Assembly: GCA_963693365.1 (NCBI GenBank)
Contig: CAVNZM010000007.1
Location: 5,019,962-5,083,961 of the forward strand
Reading direction: 5' to 3'
DNA length: 64,000 nt
Origin: Amoebidium appalachense
Lineage: Eukaryota; Protista; Ichthyosporea
Shown here piece after piece: positions 1 through 21,176 of this stretch; within the stretch, counting starts at the first letter, position 1, and each line of letters begins with the position of its first letter. The position numbers and the translations under genes were made by a program. The notes under the pieces are model-generated. The model was given only the letters and a program-made list of their open reading frames with translations, was not told the origin of the DNA and did no database searches.

Positions 1-755
1 CATCAGTGCGGGGTCATAGTCATCCACGGCCTCGGCTGTGACGTTGCCCCTGATCAGGCCCCTCTGCAGGCCCTCACTGAACATCACCGTCACTAGCTGC
101 TGCTGGTCGTAGTCAGGCACGCTTTTGACCGGCACCCAGCACCCCACATATCTGTGTGTGTGTGTGTTGGGGGGGGGGGTGGGTGGGGGGAGGGGGTTTA
201 GAATGTGATACAGAGTGCAAAGTGCCCATTCATCACCGACAACACCATGTAGTTTTGTTTTTTGTTTTTGTTGGTTCATTTCTACAAAGAATACCCAGCA
301 ATCAATGCAGATGCATTTGTGTGTGTACTTGTGTATGTGCGCTCGTGTACGAGCATGTGCGTAGGTCCATAGGGGTTGCACGCCCTTCTGCAGGTGTGCC
401 CTTTTTTATTTTCATGCACATCCGACTCTCTCTCTGTGTGTGTGTGTGCGCACATGTGTGCGTGCACCCCCGTGTGTATGTGTGTGTCATTACGTGCAAT
501 GTGTACGGGCACCTTTTCATACCCACCTTGCCTCGAAGTCTGTCCACGCCTTATCGAATGCAATCACAGCCTCCACCGCCTACACAGTCAACACGTCAGG
601 GCTCTGCTATCCCTTCAAACCCCCCCCCCCCCCCCTTCCCCCCTCCCCCCCCCCCCCCCTCCCCCCTTCCCCCACCCCCGCACCCCCACATGGACAAAAA
701 GTAACGAACAACACACATTCAAACGGAAGCAAACACACGTCGCACCCCCCCCCCC

Positions 756-786
<31 letters not shown>

Positions 787-828
787 ACACCGGCCCTCTC
801 CCAACCACCAAATCACATCACACAATTC

Positions 829-860
<32 letters not shown>

Positions 861-1177
861 ACCACACACACATACCCATCCCATGCCCCTCCCCCCTATT
901 TACCCACCCACCCACCCATCCCCCTCCCCCCCCCCCCCCCCCACCCACCAACTCCCTCCCTCCCTTCCCCCCCCCCCCCCCCCCCCCCCCCCCCACACAC
1001 ACACCACCCACCCACACACACACTGCCCACCCTACCATTCCACCCACCCACCCCGTCAACCACCAACCCACCCATCCTCCCCCTTTCCCCGCCACCCACC
1101 CACGCCGTCACCCACCCATCCCCCCCCCCCCCCCCCACCCAACCCCACCCCATCCCCCCTCATCCACCCAACCTGTC

Positions 1178-1213
<36 letters not shown>

Positions 1214-1507
1214 ACCCATCCCACCCCATCCCCCCCCACGTCCCCTTCCCCCAACATCCGCCCACCCTCTCACCAAATCACCTACCCCCTCGTTCCCCTC
1301 CCCCTTCCCCCCTCCCCCAACCCCTCGTGGCCCCCCTTCAATACCCACCCATCCCCACCTCAGCATCCAGGCAGGGGTCCTCTGCCGTGGCCCTATCCCT
1401 TAGGGCCTGTCTCATCCTGTCGATGCGCTCACACAGGGTCGTGGCCAGCGGCCGCAGCATCTCACTCTCGGCCTCCTTGTCCGCTATCACTGACCCTGCG
1501 GCCAGGC

Positions 1508-1559
<52 letters not shown>

Positions 1560-2055
1560 GGGAGGGGGGACAGAAATGTGATGAGAGGGAGAGAGGGAGA
1601 GAGGAGGAGGGGAGAGGGTGCGAGAGAGGAGGGGAGGGGAGTGGGAGAGAGAAAGAAGCAAGAGAGAGAGAGAGAGAGGGAGAGAGAGAGAGAGGGAGAG
1701 GGAGGGAGGGAGGGAGGGAGGGAGAGAGACAGGGAGAGGGAGAGGGAAAGGGTGAGAGATAGTGTATGTGTGTGTGGGTGGGTTGTGGGGGGGGGCCGGG
1801 GGGGGGGGGGGGGGGGGTAGAATGTGTTTCATATTTTTTCTTGAGGGGGGTTGCGGGGAGGGGGAGGGGAGGGGAGGGGAGAGGGGAGGGGAGAGGAGGA
1901 GGAGGCGGAGGAGGGGGGATGGGGGGAGGGGGAGAGGAGGGGATGGAATGTGTTACAGAGTGCGAAATATACATTCACGACGGAAAATGCAATGAATAAT
2001 ATGCATCAAAAGAGCACATCCAAAGAAGTACATATCAAAAGTGGAGCTTTATCGC

Positions 2056-2086
<31 letters not shown>

Positions 2087-2202
2087 TGAGTGTAGTGAGG
2101 GGACCATACATGGGCCACACAGAAACAACTACACACTGGCATATGTGGGGTGGGCTGAGTACGTGGGTGTTTACAGAACAGGAACTATTTGCTTTGTAGG
2201 GG

Positions 2203-2237
<35 letters not shown>

Positions 2238-2374
2238 CGAAAGGTGGGCACAACCACCCACGAACCGTCAATCCATAACTTCCCCCTCCTACCCTTCTTA
2301 CAAGTTTACATCTCTCACCAATCAGTCCCCTCCCCCCCGGCCCCAGGGAAAAAAATAATCCATCCCATTCTCGG

Positions 2375-2405
<31 letters not shown>

Positions 2406-3522
2406 CCCCCCCCCCCCCTCACACACACACACACCCTCCCTTCCCACACCCACCCCAAACGCCGCCACCCTCACTGCCACACACACAGACACAGACACAG
2501 ACACACACACACACACACACACACCCACCCACCCACATACACACGAGCACACACGTGTACACACACAAACACACATCCTCCGCCCCCCGCCCCCCCCCAC
2601 CCCCACATACCTCTGCACCAAACCACAGGGGCCCATAGTAACCCCCCAGCTCCTCCTGTACGTCCTCAGGAAATTTGCAGCGGTAGTCTCTGGGCACAAG
2701 CAGCGCTTTGACCCCTGGTGCCTCTGCAAAAAAAAGGTTCCATGGTAAAAAAAAAAAAAAAAAAAAAAAAAAACTTGCCGACGAAGAACACACAGATATA
2801 CATATACTCCCCCTCCACCTCCCCCTCCCCCCCCCCCCCCCCCCGCACCTCCCCCCTCTTCCCCCCCCCCCCCCACACACACACACATACACACACATAC
2901 GCACGCACACGCACGCATATGCAATGTATCACTTCCTTTCACTCGTGCAAACCTCTCATGTGCGCCAGACAAACACACATATCCACCCCCATCCCTGCGC
3001 CCATCTTGCTCTCAACACAGCAAAGCCGTCTCAGGAAGCCCCCCTGTCGGCCTCCCTTTTCCCCCTCCCCCGCTCCCCCTCTTTCTCCCCCCCCCCCCTC
3101 CCCCCCCCTTCTTCTTCCATTTTCATCCCTTCCCCCCCATCCTTCCTAACCTCGCCTACACAATGCCCGAGCCTCACGCAAACTGCAATTTGCCACAATA
3201 TAGAATATGCTGGGAGAGTGGTTGAGGGGAGGGGGGAAAAAAGAAGAAAAAAAAAGCTTTGTACGATTGATACTCGGGCAGCACGACTCGAAGGGTATAG
3301 GTGGGCATTGTGGAGGCTTCCCCCTCCCCCCCGTTCTTCTTTTTTTTTTTTTTTCCAGCTGTGTTTGCTTTTCTCTCTCTTCTTTTAAGGCCTTACCACT
3401 GCTCTTCATTACCTATCTCCTCCCTGCCGTTCTTCCCTTTGCCTTCCCTCCCTCCCCCTCCCCCCCTTTTAATGCCTTCTTGTTTCATCCTTTTTTGGGG
3501 GGGAGGAAGCATGCGCCCCCAG

Positions 3523-3610
<88 letters not shown>

Positions 3611-3714
3611 CACACATGCGCGCACAAGTGTGTAGTGTGTGTGTGCTGGGGGGGAAGGGGGGGGGGGGAAGAGCGAGCGAGCGAGCGAGCGAGAGAGAGA
3701 GAGAGAGAGAGTGA

Positions 3715-3755
<41 letters not shown>

Positions 3756-3883
3756 AGGGAGAGAGAGAGAGAGGGAGGGAGGGAGGGAGGGAGGGAGGGA
3801 GGGAGGGAGGGAGGGAGGGAGGGAGGGAGGGAGGGAGGGAGGGAGGGAGGGAGGGAGGGAGGGAGGGAGGGAGGGGAGGGAGG

Positions 3884-3929
<46 letters not shown>

Positions 3930-4094
3930 GTCAAAAGCAGACAAGGAGCAATGTATACATACCGTTAATGATCTGCTCTGTGGCCTGCAGTAACTCTTGC
4001 TGGCCGATTCTCAGCCGATCAACAAGACTCTGTGCGCCTCGGGTCAGGGGGGAAAGGTGGTGGTGGTGCTGGTGGTGGTGGTGGTGGTGGTGGT

Positions 4095-4125
<31 letters not shown>

Positions 4126-4273
4126 GGGAGGGGGGGGGGGAGGGTGGGGGGGGGGGGAGGGGGGGCGGGGGGGCAGGCAGGTTGCTCGTGCATGTGGGTG
4201 AGTGTGCACATGTAAGCACGCGGGTGGGCGTGTACATGTGTTGCCGTGTGTGCAAGCATAATGCCTGCGCGTG

Positions 4274-4361
<88 letters not shown>

Positions 4362-5176
4362 TGTGTGTGGTACGTGTATGCATATGTGTGGTGCGTGATA
4401 CGTGAATGTGTATCGGTGTATTGTGCAGGCGTGGGTGCAGGCATGTCTGAGAGGGATATATGTGTGTATATGCATGTCCATGCCACGGAAGGAGAGTTTG
4501 GTGCACATACGCGTGTGGGTCACTCATGTATATGAAGAGGCTATGATCCCCCCCCCTCCCCCCACACGCAGACACCCACACCCACACACCCACCACCACC
4601 ATCAAAATCACACGCACACACACACAAAATCGTCACAAAAACAGCTCACTCGTCCCCCATCCGCTCCTCCTCCCCTCCCCCCCCCCCCCCCCCGCCCACA
4701 CACACACAAACACACACATAAATACACACACACAAAACACACACACACACACACATGCATCTCCCCCCCCCCCCCCCCCCCCCCCCCACACACACACACA
4801 GACACACGCACACATATGCACATGCATCACCCCTCCAACCCCGGCACCCCCTCTGCATCTCTTCTCTAACCCTGGCACCCCCTCCCCTCCCCTCCCCTCT
4901 CCTCCCCTCCTCCCCCCCCCCCCTCCCCTTCGCCCCCCCCCTCCCCCCCCCAAAAAAAACATAAACGCGCACATGCATGTCTCCCCCCCCCCCCCCCCCC
5001 CCGCCGCCCCCTCCCCCCACCCCCCTTCCGCCCCATCGCACACGCACTTACACATCCACCCACCTCACAGTTGCCCCTGCCATTCCACTTGTCCAGTGCG
5101 GACACTATCTGGTTGAGGGCCTCGTCTGCATAGTAGAACACCACAAGCGACCGGGTGTCGTCACGCTGCATGTTTT

Positions 5177-5275
<99 letters not shown>

Positions 5276-5701
5276 TGTGTTTGGGGGGGGGGGGGGGGTC
5301 ATTTATGCATTAGAGGTTTGAAAATATGGAGGAGACACCAAAGGACAAAAAAAGCAAACGTCACAAATATGAAAAACCCGAAGTCAAACAATAGAAAAAT
5401 GGAGCAAACAAAAAATGTGCAGACAGAAGACACGATAACAGAACCGACCACCAGGGGGTTCCTATGCCTCCACAAAAGAATGTGTTACGAATCTTTAACC
5501 TCTCACGTGTGATTCCGAACCCGTACTTTGTTTCAACAGCAATAGGGTGGGTGGGTGGGTGGGTGGGTTTGGGGGGGGGGGGAGTATGCACGTATGTGTT
5601 AAATGGTGACAGCCACGGCCATAGAAGCAAAAAAAAACCCAAAGAAACAGGGACCACAACAATCATGCAGGCAGAAGACAAAGGAATAAGAAGCTGTCTT
5701 C

Positions 5702-5737
<36 letters not shown>

Positions 5738-6492
5738 GGGGGATGCGTTAAAGGTTGGGAAAAAAAGGAGAAGACACCAGAAGACGATCCACAAAACATC
5801 ACAAAAATATCACTAAAAAAAACGGAATCTAGATACCTGCAAGAAGACGATTAAAAATAAAAATAAAAATAAAAAAAATAAAAATAAAAAACAGAAGTAG
5901 AGTGGGGGGGGGGGGGGGGAGGGGGGGAGGGGGGGGGGGGGGGGGGGGGGGATCTTGAAGTTTTTGGTATCTTGAAGTTTCTAATTGACAGCAGCAGATG
6001 TGCAAATATACGAGCAGTCAAGCGGCAAATATACGAGCAGTCAAGCGGCTGATGGCCTGTCAGTGGCCACCGAACCAGAAGAAGGCTTTATGTTTTTAAA
6101 ATGTGTACAGGCACAACATGCCCCATCATACAAGGAAAAGCCATATAAGGTAAACACTAGTTAGCAAGAAAACCACAACCACACACAAACAAACACACAA
6201 CCAGACACACACACACAAACAAACACACACACACACACACACACAAACAAACACACAGAGAGCCCACGGAAGAGAGAGAGAGAGGAGAGAGAGAGAAAGA
6301 GAGTGCACGCGAGAGAGAGAGGGAGAGAATGTGTGATAGCAACGAGAGGAGGACATGCACAACAAACATGCACAGACATCCGCTCGCCCAAAACACAATC
6401 GATCCACAGGCCCGCACACTAACGAACGTGTCTGTTACCTTTGGTCTCTTCAGCCACCGTCGTAGGGTGCTGAACGGGCTGGACAGAAACAT
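1..6492 (-). CDS. ZFYVE28: Lateral signaling target protein 2 homolog (LST2/ZFYVE28), N-terminal 230 aa; gene continues off the left edge
   Basis: Seven phase-consistent GT-AG exons: 6492-6439, 5165-5064, 4029-3963, 2723-2611, 1508-1359, 579-527, 151-1. Translation: [18 protein letters not shown]|[21 protein letters not shown]...[28 protein letters not shown]|[22 protein letters not shown]...[37 protein letters not shown]...VDDYDPALM. This is colinear with remembered LST2 motifs (WLYKPK, FYYADEELNQ, LWFGAECLAAGS, VPVKS, DDYEPALM). The FYVE domain would lie outside the window. Confidence 0.93.
6002..6047. repeat. Perfect 23-bp tandem duplication in LST2 intron 1
   Basis: gcaaatatacgagcagtcaagcg x2 (6002-6024, 6025-6047). 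Confidence 0.9.
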
Positions 6493-7157
6493 TTCCAGCT
6501 CTCTTTCTTGCCACCTTATATCGGGATGTACAGGCAAAGCCCTGGGTTGTGGCTATTGTTTTCTGGTAAACCTGCTTGAAACCAAGAGCAGTGATCTCTT
6601 GCTGGCGGGAAAGGACGAACCAGTAACCGTGCTTCGTCAAAAGGGGCACTCGTATAAAGGCACACTAAGCCTAAAAACAGAACTGCGGTAAATGGTGCTG
6701 GCACCTTGATTTCCTGGAGACTCATCATCTAACGTACAGTTACCGGGGTAATGCTCCAAAAACTTTAACACATCGGTTTGGAGCGATATCACTGCAGCTG
6801 CGGTGCGCCAGCGTCCATATTACGGCAGTGCGCCAGCGTCCATCATGTTCACTCTACCGTAGTCCAAAAGTCACAGTGGCAGCTACAGCTGTGTGGCAGA
6901 GTCCAGCTGCCAGTTCTTGGCACTGAGCCAGTGTGCTAAATTTAGCATGCTTGAAAGATCGGAATACTATTTATAGATATATGGATTACGTAACAATGGG
7001 CCACCGTCAGTCTCGGTGACAAGCGCACACACGCTCACTGGGCTTTCACACACGTACTGACCGGTGACGGTGGTTTTTAGTGACTGCCCAAGATCATCGG
7101 CTGCCCCTGCCAGCTCAACATCACCAGAGCACGGAGCCACACTTCTCTGCCTACCCG

Positions 7158-7736
7158 ACAGTCTAAAAAAATGCCCAACACCCGAGTGCAGCCCAAGAAA
7201 ACATCGGCATAAGAGCGCGCGCTAAAAATCCAACATTCGAGCACAGTCTAGAAAATGCCAAGATATGAGCATAGCCCAAAAAAACGCCAACACACGAGGA
7301 CAGTGCAAAAGCGGTCAGAAAGCAGTCCAAAAAAATGCCAAATACAAGACCAGTCCAAAAAAACGGCAAACATATGAGCGCAGCAAACAATGCAAATTTG
7401 ACTAGCACAGTCTCGAAAAAAGCCAACGCACAAGTTCAGTGCAAAAAATACCAACCTCCGAGCTCAGTGTCAAAAAAAAGAATCAAACATACAAGGGCAG
7501 TGCAAAAAAACGCCAACATACCGGCGAGTGCAGTCTCTAAAACATTTCCATCATAGGAGCGCAGTGCAAAAAAAAAGACGAGAGAAGTCCAAAAAAAAAA
7601 AAAAAATGCCACCCCATGAGCATAGTGTTTCTGCGCCTGCCTGTTGACATTTTTTTTTGGACTGTGCTTGAGTGTTGATGTTGTTTTTTTTGACTACGCC
7701 TGTGTGTTGTTTTACTGATATAATTATGTCACGGCT

Positions 7737-7789
<53 letters not shown>

Positions 7790-8370
7790 CCCAAAGTTTG
7801 TTTACTGTGCCCGTGTGTTGGCATTACTGTTGGGACTGTGCTTTTCTGTTGGCTTTTTGTTTGACTGCAACTGGTTTACATTATAAGTTTTACTGCATTA
7901 CGTAGTTAGGTTGTTTATGTTCGTGTCCACAGGTGCTGTAGTTGAGAATGTTATGCAGGATTATGGGAGAAGGCATGGGGAGCCGCGTATACCAGCATCA
8001 CCATCTACTCATACTACACTCTCGACACTGCCCCGTGCGTCCTTTGTGCAACCTTCTACGGTTGAACTGCTGGTTGACGTTTTTTGGAATCGTGCCGGTG
8101 TGTTGGTGTTGTTTTGAACTCGTGCCTGTGTGTTGGAGTTTTTTTTTTGACTGCCTCGGCTGCGTTGGCCTTCTAATTGGACTCTTATGTTGGCAATTTC
8201 TTTTTATTGGGCTGTGTGTTGGTGTTTTTTTGACTCGTCCCTGTGTGCTGGCGTTTTTGGACACTCGTGTGTTGGCGCTTTTTGGCTTTACCATCCTCGT
8301 TTTTTTTTGGCGTGTTCCTGAACTGCTCTTGTATTTTTGTGTTTTATTGCACTGCAGTTTATTTGAGACT
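7158..8370. repeat. Degenerate ~28-30 bp minisatellite in head-to-head (foldback) arrangement
   Basis: Left arm (~7158-7625) has units like cagtccaaaaaaa(c/t)gccaacacacgagca. Right arm (~7630-7870 and ~8066-8370) has the reverse complement, e.g. tgtgttggc(g/a)tttttttggactgtgc. Composition flips from A-rich to T-rich near 7625. Confidence 0.75.
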
Positions 8371-8885
8371 ACTAGTCTACCCCCGATTTCCCGCATATCT
8401 TATCAGCGGACCACCCCCTCTTCCTCAATATATCCGTTTTAAGATGACTATCCTAGATCACCTTATTAATGCTGCACAGTATTGTGATCCGGTGCCTTAA
8501 CTTTCTTTCGGTAGGCACCTTAACTTTCTTTCGGAGCTACCGATGCTAGCCTCTGCTTACCCATAATATGTAATAGGGGTGTCATATACTACGATGGCGC
8601 TCATTGTTGCCTAGCATGTACATATGTCACTGGCTGCATTTGATTGGCTGCGCTGGAAAACGCAGTAGGCCGTCGAATGTCGGCAGTGTCCACGCAATAA
8701 AAAGTGTGTAAACCCCCAATGAGACACCTTTTACATTTTGAAAAGTATAGTATAAGTATATCGCCGACCTGCCAAATTTGGTAAGATCGCGAAAAAGATA
8801 TTCAAAATCGTTATACTTGAGTATATTGATCGAGAAGGCCAAAAGATATTGTACTTCGGAAGTATAGTATATCTTTTGGCCGGAT

Positions 8886-8922
8886 CACGGCCATCCAGTC
8901 ACAGTGTTTCTAGATGGCCGTG
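8886..8922. mobile_element. Second copy of the CACGGCCATCTAG inverted-repeat micro-element (37 bp, one mismatch, no TSD)
   Basis: cacggccatccag-tcacagtgttt-ctagatggccgtg. The right part (gtgtttctagatggccgtg) is identical to the 9880 copy. Confidence 0.55.
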
Positions 8923-9048
8923 CTATGTACCTACCCCCGTTTTCAAGAAAATGTTCGGGAGCGCGCTCTCATCGTCACCAGGCCTGGCTTTTATTTTATT
9001 GTCTCTGTATCATTTCGCTTCGGCTGGGAAAGGGGGGGGGGGGAGGGG

Positions 9049-9084
<36 letters not shown>

Positions 9085-9200
9085 CTGCCGTAGGGGGGTA
9101 GGGGTAGAGGGGATGATGATGGTGGTATTATTAGTCACGATGCACTGATAAATGCCTGCTCATGAGATGTACGCTAGCTGGGAGGATGTATGGAGGTGTG

Positions 9201-9238
<38 letters not shown>

Positions 9239-9434
9239 TGTGTTGGCCAAATGGGGAGGGGGGGGGTTAACATAACCAAGTTGTTGTTGTTGTTGTTGTT
9301 GTTGTTGAGCACTTGCTTTCTACCCCCCCCCCCCCCTCTCTCTCCCTCCCTCTCTCCCTCCCTCCCAATGCTACCCCTACGTTACCCACCAATGGCCAAT
9401 GGCGCCTGGTTGGCCAGCACCCGCTGGCGCAATT

Positions 9435-9488
<54 letters not shown>

Positions 9489-9879
9489 AGGCTAGCTTGC
9501 ACCCCCCCCACCCCCCACCCCCCCACACACACACAGAAAAAAAAAAAAAAGGAAAAAAAAAAAGGATACTATCATAATGGTATAAATATCAAACTTCTGA
9601 GTGAAAAGATTCCAGTTCGTTCACGGTCGACGTCGGCCCCGGCCGCACCGCCCGGCACTTGCACCGGTACCCGGGCCCACCCACCTCCATATATATTTTG
9701 GCATCTCGAGTGGTATTATATTTATATTGTTGTTGTTCACTCGGCTTTCATTATGCCCTACTAGTCTGTACCGTTCGGAAGTATTCTAACGTGGGCCAGC
9801 TCGCAGTAACTGTTTCCACCCATTACCTTTCACACGTGAGCTCGAGCTTGCTGCCTCGATCATGATCATGCTCATAGAC

Positions 9880-9912
9880 CACGGCCATCTAGGGTGTTTC
9901 TAGATGGCCGTG
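9880..9912. mobile_element. 33-bp MITE-like micro-element with 13-bp perfect TIRs and an 8-bp flanking direct repeat
   Basis: tcatagac (9872-9879) | cacggccatctag-ggtgttt-ctagatggccgtg | tcatagac (9913-9920). An 8-bp TSD with CA...TG ends is typical of the hAT and P superfamilies. Confidence 0.7.
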
Positions 9913-10145
9913 TCATAGACTCACCGAACCATCATTATCCCTCCCTCCCTCCCTCCCTCCCCCCCCCCCCCCCCCCCCTTCCCCGGCCAAAAAAAAACCC
10001 GCGTTTTTACAGTACAACAATCACGCGAGTGACGCACGCGTAATAGATATTAGCTAAACGTACTCCTACACACGCACACATACGTGGCACTGCACACACG
10101 TGCACGCACACACACACACACACACACGCACACACTGTGACATGT

Positions 10146-10237
<92 letters not shown>

Positions 10238-10693
10238 TGAGCTCACATAGAACACACATCTTGACAAATACGGCAATACATCCGCACAGGCACGCACACA
10301 TACACGTGTGTACGTTCGCACATGATGCACACACGCACACACGCACGCACGCACAACACAGACACACAAATGCATGCACACATGCCACGCATAGAAATGC
10401 ACGTGTGGTGCATGCAACGTTCGCTTTGGTTGTAATTATTTTTGATGCCGTCGAAGGCTTGCTTGCCCTTGCTCGCACGCCGGCACAGCTCGGCTCGATC
10501 AACTTTCAGTGACATAGCTGTACGAGCTTGCTGTTTGCAACCCGGTGACGCAACTACTATACTGGTTCGTGTTGTGTGCCAACCCTTTTTCACCTGGCTC
10601 AAATACTGGAAAAAAAGAAACGGTTGTTTGTTTATTATAATTAGTCGGTGCTCTCTACCACCGGGCCTCCGATCCCTCTCCTCCTTGGCATTG

Positions 10694-10726
<33 letters not shown>

Positions 10727-11671
10727 CATTTTTTTTTTTTTTTATTGCAAGTGGACGACGTTTGCGCTCTCTGATTGGATACCTAAACTGGATAGCATTT
10801 ATGCCAATGAGCTGGATTCCGGAAACGCCTTATATGGGCAACAATAAAAACGCCGGGCTAAAAAAAATCAACCAAGACTCTCGTCTTTTGACCACAGAAT
10901 AAGGCATGAGCTGACGTCGGAACAGCAATAAAGGATGAATATTTAATATATAGAGGCTACATTATGTTATACGAGGGCGTGCATACTCTCGCTACTTTTT
11001 TTCTTAGAGAGGCTACAGACGAAGTAACGTAGTCCTGTGTAACACGGACCCAGCATAACACTTGTGATCGGCGATTTTGATTGGCTAGTAATAAGCTAAT
11101 CGGCTTCCACTTGTTGGAACACTGATCATGGAGTGCATCGAACTGCCGCATAGATGGCCAACTGCACGTGTGTCATAACGCACTCGAACTAGCATACGCA
11201 CCTAGCTAGCATATGTAGAGGTGGCTTGTTTACGTTTTTTTTTTCATGTTTGTTTGGCTCCACCCAGTAATGAAGTATGGTCGGTCTGGTCAAGTGTGAT
11301 GCAGGCGATTTTGCAAGTAAACTGACACACATCTAGGATCACCGTTCACCAAATCTATCTGTGAACGAGGTTGGTTACTCACAAGGACAGCAAAGCACAG
11401 AGTAGGCACACAGCACGCTCAGAAAGGAACGCAGACCCCTTTTCTCCTGTTATGGGTATTAGTTCCAAAACAGATTTCACAGTTCTATCAATCGCAGCGA
11501 AAAGCCTCTAACTACAGGGCTGCACACTCTCCTGATGTGATGTACACTTGTCACATTGATTTGATTCATGGCAGAAAAGAAACTAGTCATTGAGACTGAT
11601 GCACACACACGGCCTTAATGTCTATCTACGGTGCGTTTTCGTCCGACGGGCCCGTGGGGCCGAAAGTGTAA

Positions 11672-18640
<6,969 letters not shown>

Positions 18641-19860
18641 TTGGAGGAGGTAGGAAAAAATTGATGGTGGCGGGGAGATGTTAAGAGGTGGTTTGGACAG
18701 GCAACGATAGTGCGTGGTGAAGTTGGTGGTGAGCCTCTGGAGGGTTCTTGTAGAAAATTTTTAAATGGACCCCGTCTGTGCTCTGTATGTTTAACGCTCA
18801 GATTATATGACACACAATGCATGCACTTGCATGAAAACGTTCACACACACACATGCACATGCACCGTGGCACATAAAGGCATCCGCACAACACATCAGCG
18901 ACGCATGCACCTACACAGACACATTCACCACGGCACATGAACACATACACACACCACTGACACACAATACACATGCATCTTTATGCACGTGCATACGTAC
19001 ACACTTGTGGGCTCGTCACATGTAGCATGCATTGCTAAGAAATTTTGTGTTGTTTTGCGGTATTCGAGTGGCTTTGGTAATATCTATAACTTGACGTCGT
19101 CAGATGTATGTTTCAGTGTTCGGAGCACTTCTCAGCAGAATTATAAGCGCAGAAATATGCAGATATGATACGACGTATTTAAGTGATTTATTGAATGCAG
19201 TAAGTTCAACATAGTGATCTGAAAAACGATGGTATGACGCGTATATATTATGGAGAATCCACACACACTATGCTATGTAGGCCGATTGATATTTGGCGAC
19301 GGTGTGTGTTCCCGCTGAAGATATCTCTCGCGGTCGTAGTTGACGCCTGACTTCAAATCGAATACTATCATGTTAATAGTATAACATAACCATATGCGCT
19401 AAGTTGAACCTTTTTTTTCTTCCCCAAGCCTATGTAGAGGGTTCTATATGGTGTACAGTCGTAGGTGCATGTACATAGATCGAACTTCAAGACGGATAAC
19501 CTTGACTGGAATTCAAAAAAAATAGCCTCTGTGATGTGTTTGGGATTTTTATAGAGTGAATAAGATCCTAAATGCGGTGGCCCGGCCATATGGTAATACA
19601 GTGTAGGATACATTTACCAGCCTACGGTATTTTTGAGGATGTGGTCTCTCGAGGCACGCATTGTGGTTTGCACTCCTCTACAATCAGCAGATCATGTTTT
19701 TTATGTAACAACCCCCCCACCCCCCCCCCCTCCCCCCGCTGCCCCCCCCCCTCCCCCCCCCCCCCCCCCCCCAAAACACACACACACACATACCACCACC
19801 ACCACCACGACCACCACCACCGTCATCACTACCACCACCCTCCCGCCCCCTTCCCCCCCT

Positions 19861-19899
<39 letters not shown>

Positions 19900-20042
19900 A
19901 AAAAAAAAAAAAAAAGGAAAGAAAAGAAAAGAAAGAAGGAAGGAAGGAAGGAAAAAGAAAAGAAAAGAAAAATTTTAGCAATTTTAACAAATATATGCAT
20001 GACAATGATGATACTAAAATCCAATACCACACGCAGTGTTAA

Positions 20043-20077
<35 letters not shown>

Positions 20078-20114
20078 CGCACACACGCACACACGCACAC
20101 ACACACATAAGCAC

Positions 20115-20157
<43 letters not shown>

Positions 20158-20773
20158 ACAAACAATGCCATGTGTGCACACGTCACGGTGTTATTCGATT
20201 ACATGCTGTACAACGCCATGGCCGCTATCTCTCATAAGATGACTCGCTCACACATACGGTAACGTACTTTTAGAAAGTTCGATTAATAACCGACATGGAG
20301 ATTCTGAGCTGTTGTTTCCTGACAAGAGCTCCGGGACCTGGTGTATGGCTCTGTGTTTTTGCTGTGTACCATAGCCCTAATTCTGGGACAATCTCATAGC
20401 AAACCTTCCCCCCCCCCCCCCCCCCCTACCCCCTCCCCCCCCCCCCCCCTTCACTCCCACCCCCACCCGCTCCCCCTACCCGCCACCCCCTTACAAAGTT
20501 TCGGAAAAGACGCCGTTTGTCAGGTACGTGTCATAGTTCACTTGGGGTAGTAGACTGCATGGCGTTGTGTTATCCCTGAATCATAGTTTCAACATGACGC
20601 CGTAGTATGCATGCAATAATACATTTTTTTCCAAATAACCGGTACCTCAGGCTGTCCCTTTTGAACATTTTCAAAAGGGCACACAGACTACAAAAACACA
20701 TGTTGTAAAACACGTCAACGATTCGGAGTAAGAGCTGTTTTGGCATCCATTTTCACAAAAAACATACCCTCCC

Positions 20774-20806
<33 letters not shown>

Positions 20807-20907
20807 ACACACACACGCAGACACTTCAGACACTTGCAATCTTAAACTTTATTAAGCAACAAACACACAAACACGTGACACACAAAAACACACAATAACC
20901 AACACGA

Positions 20908-20967
<60 letters not shown>

Positions 20968-21132
20968 CACACGTGCACTCAGTTGAACATTGCATGCACA
21001 TACCCCTTCCCTCCGACTTCCTTCTCCGGTACTCCTTGAAGCTTGCTTCCCCCTTCAACCCTGAATTCCCCCTCCCCCCTCCCCCCTTACCTCTCTTCGC
21101 CAACCACCTCAACACACAGTATCTCTCTCAGG

Positions 21133-21176
<44 letters not shown>

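Noticed and set aside
376-5321. Long Pro/His/Thr-, Gly- or Cys/Val-rich ORFs here and throughout the ORF track
   Set aside because: They are translations of poly-C/G, (CA)n and (GA)n tracts, mostly inside introns; such repeats simply lack stop codons.
6419-6728. Longer LST2 N-terminus from ORFs 6419-6649 or 6516-6728
   Set aside because: They do not give the right phase at the 6438 donor; only the WLKRPK frame joins the next exon and matches the family.
7158-7625. CRISPR-like array
   Set aside because: The units are degenerate and contiguous with no unique spacers; the context is eukaryotic and no cas genes are present.
10415-10514. Short minus-strand ORF MSLKVDRAELCRRASKGKQAFDGIKNNYNQSE
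   Set aside because: It looks coding-like, but no recognisable family, strong donor or joinable downstream exon was found.
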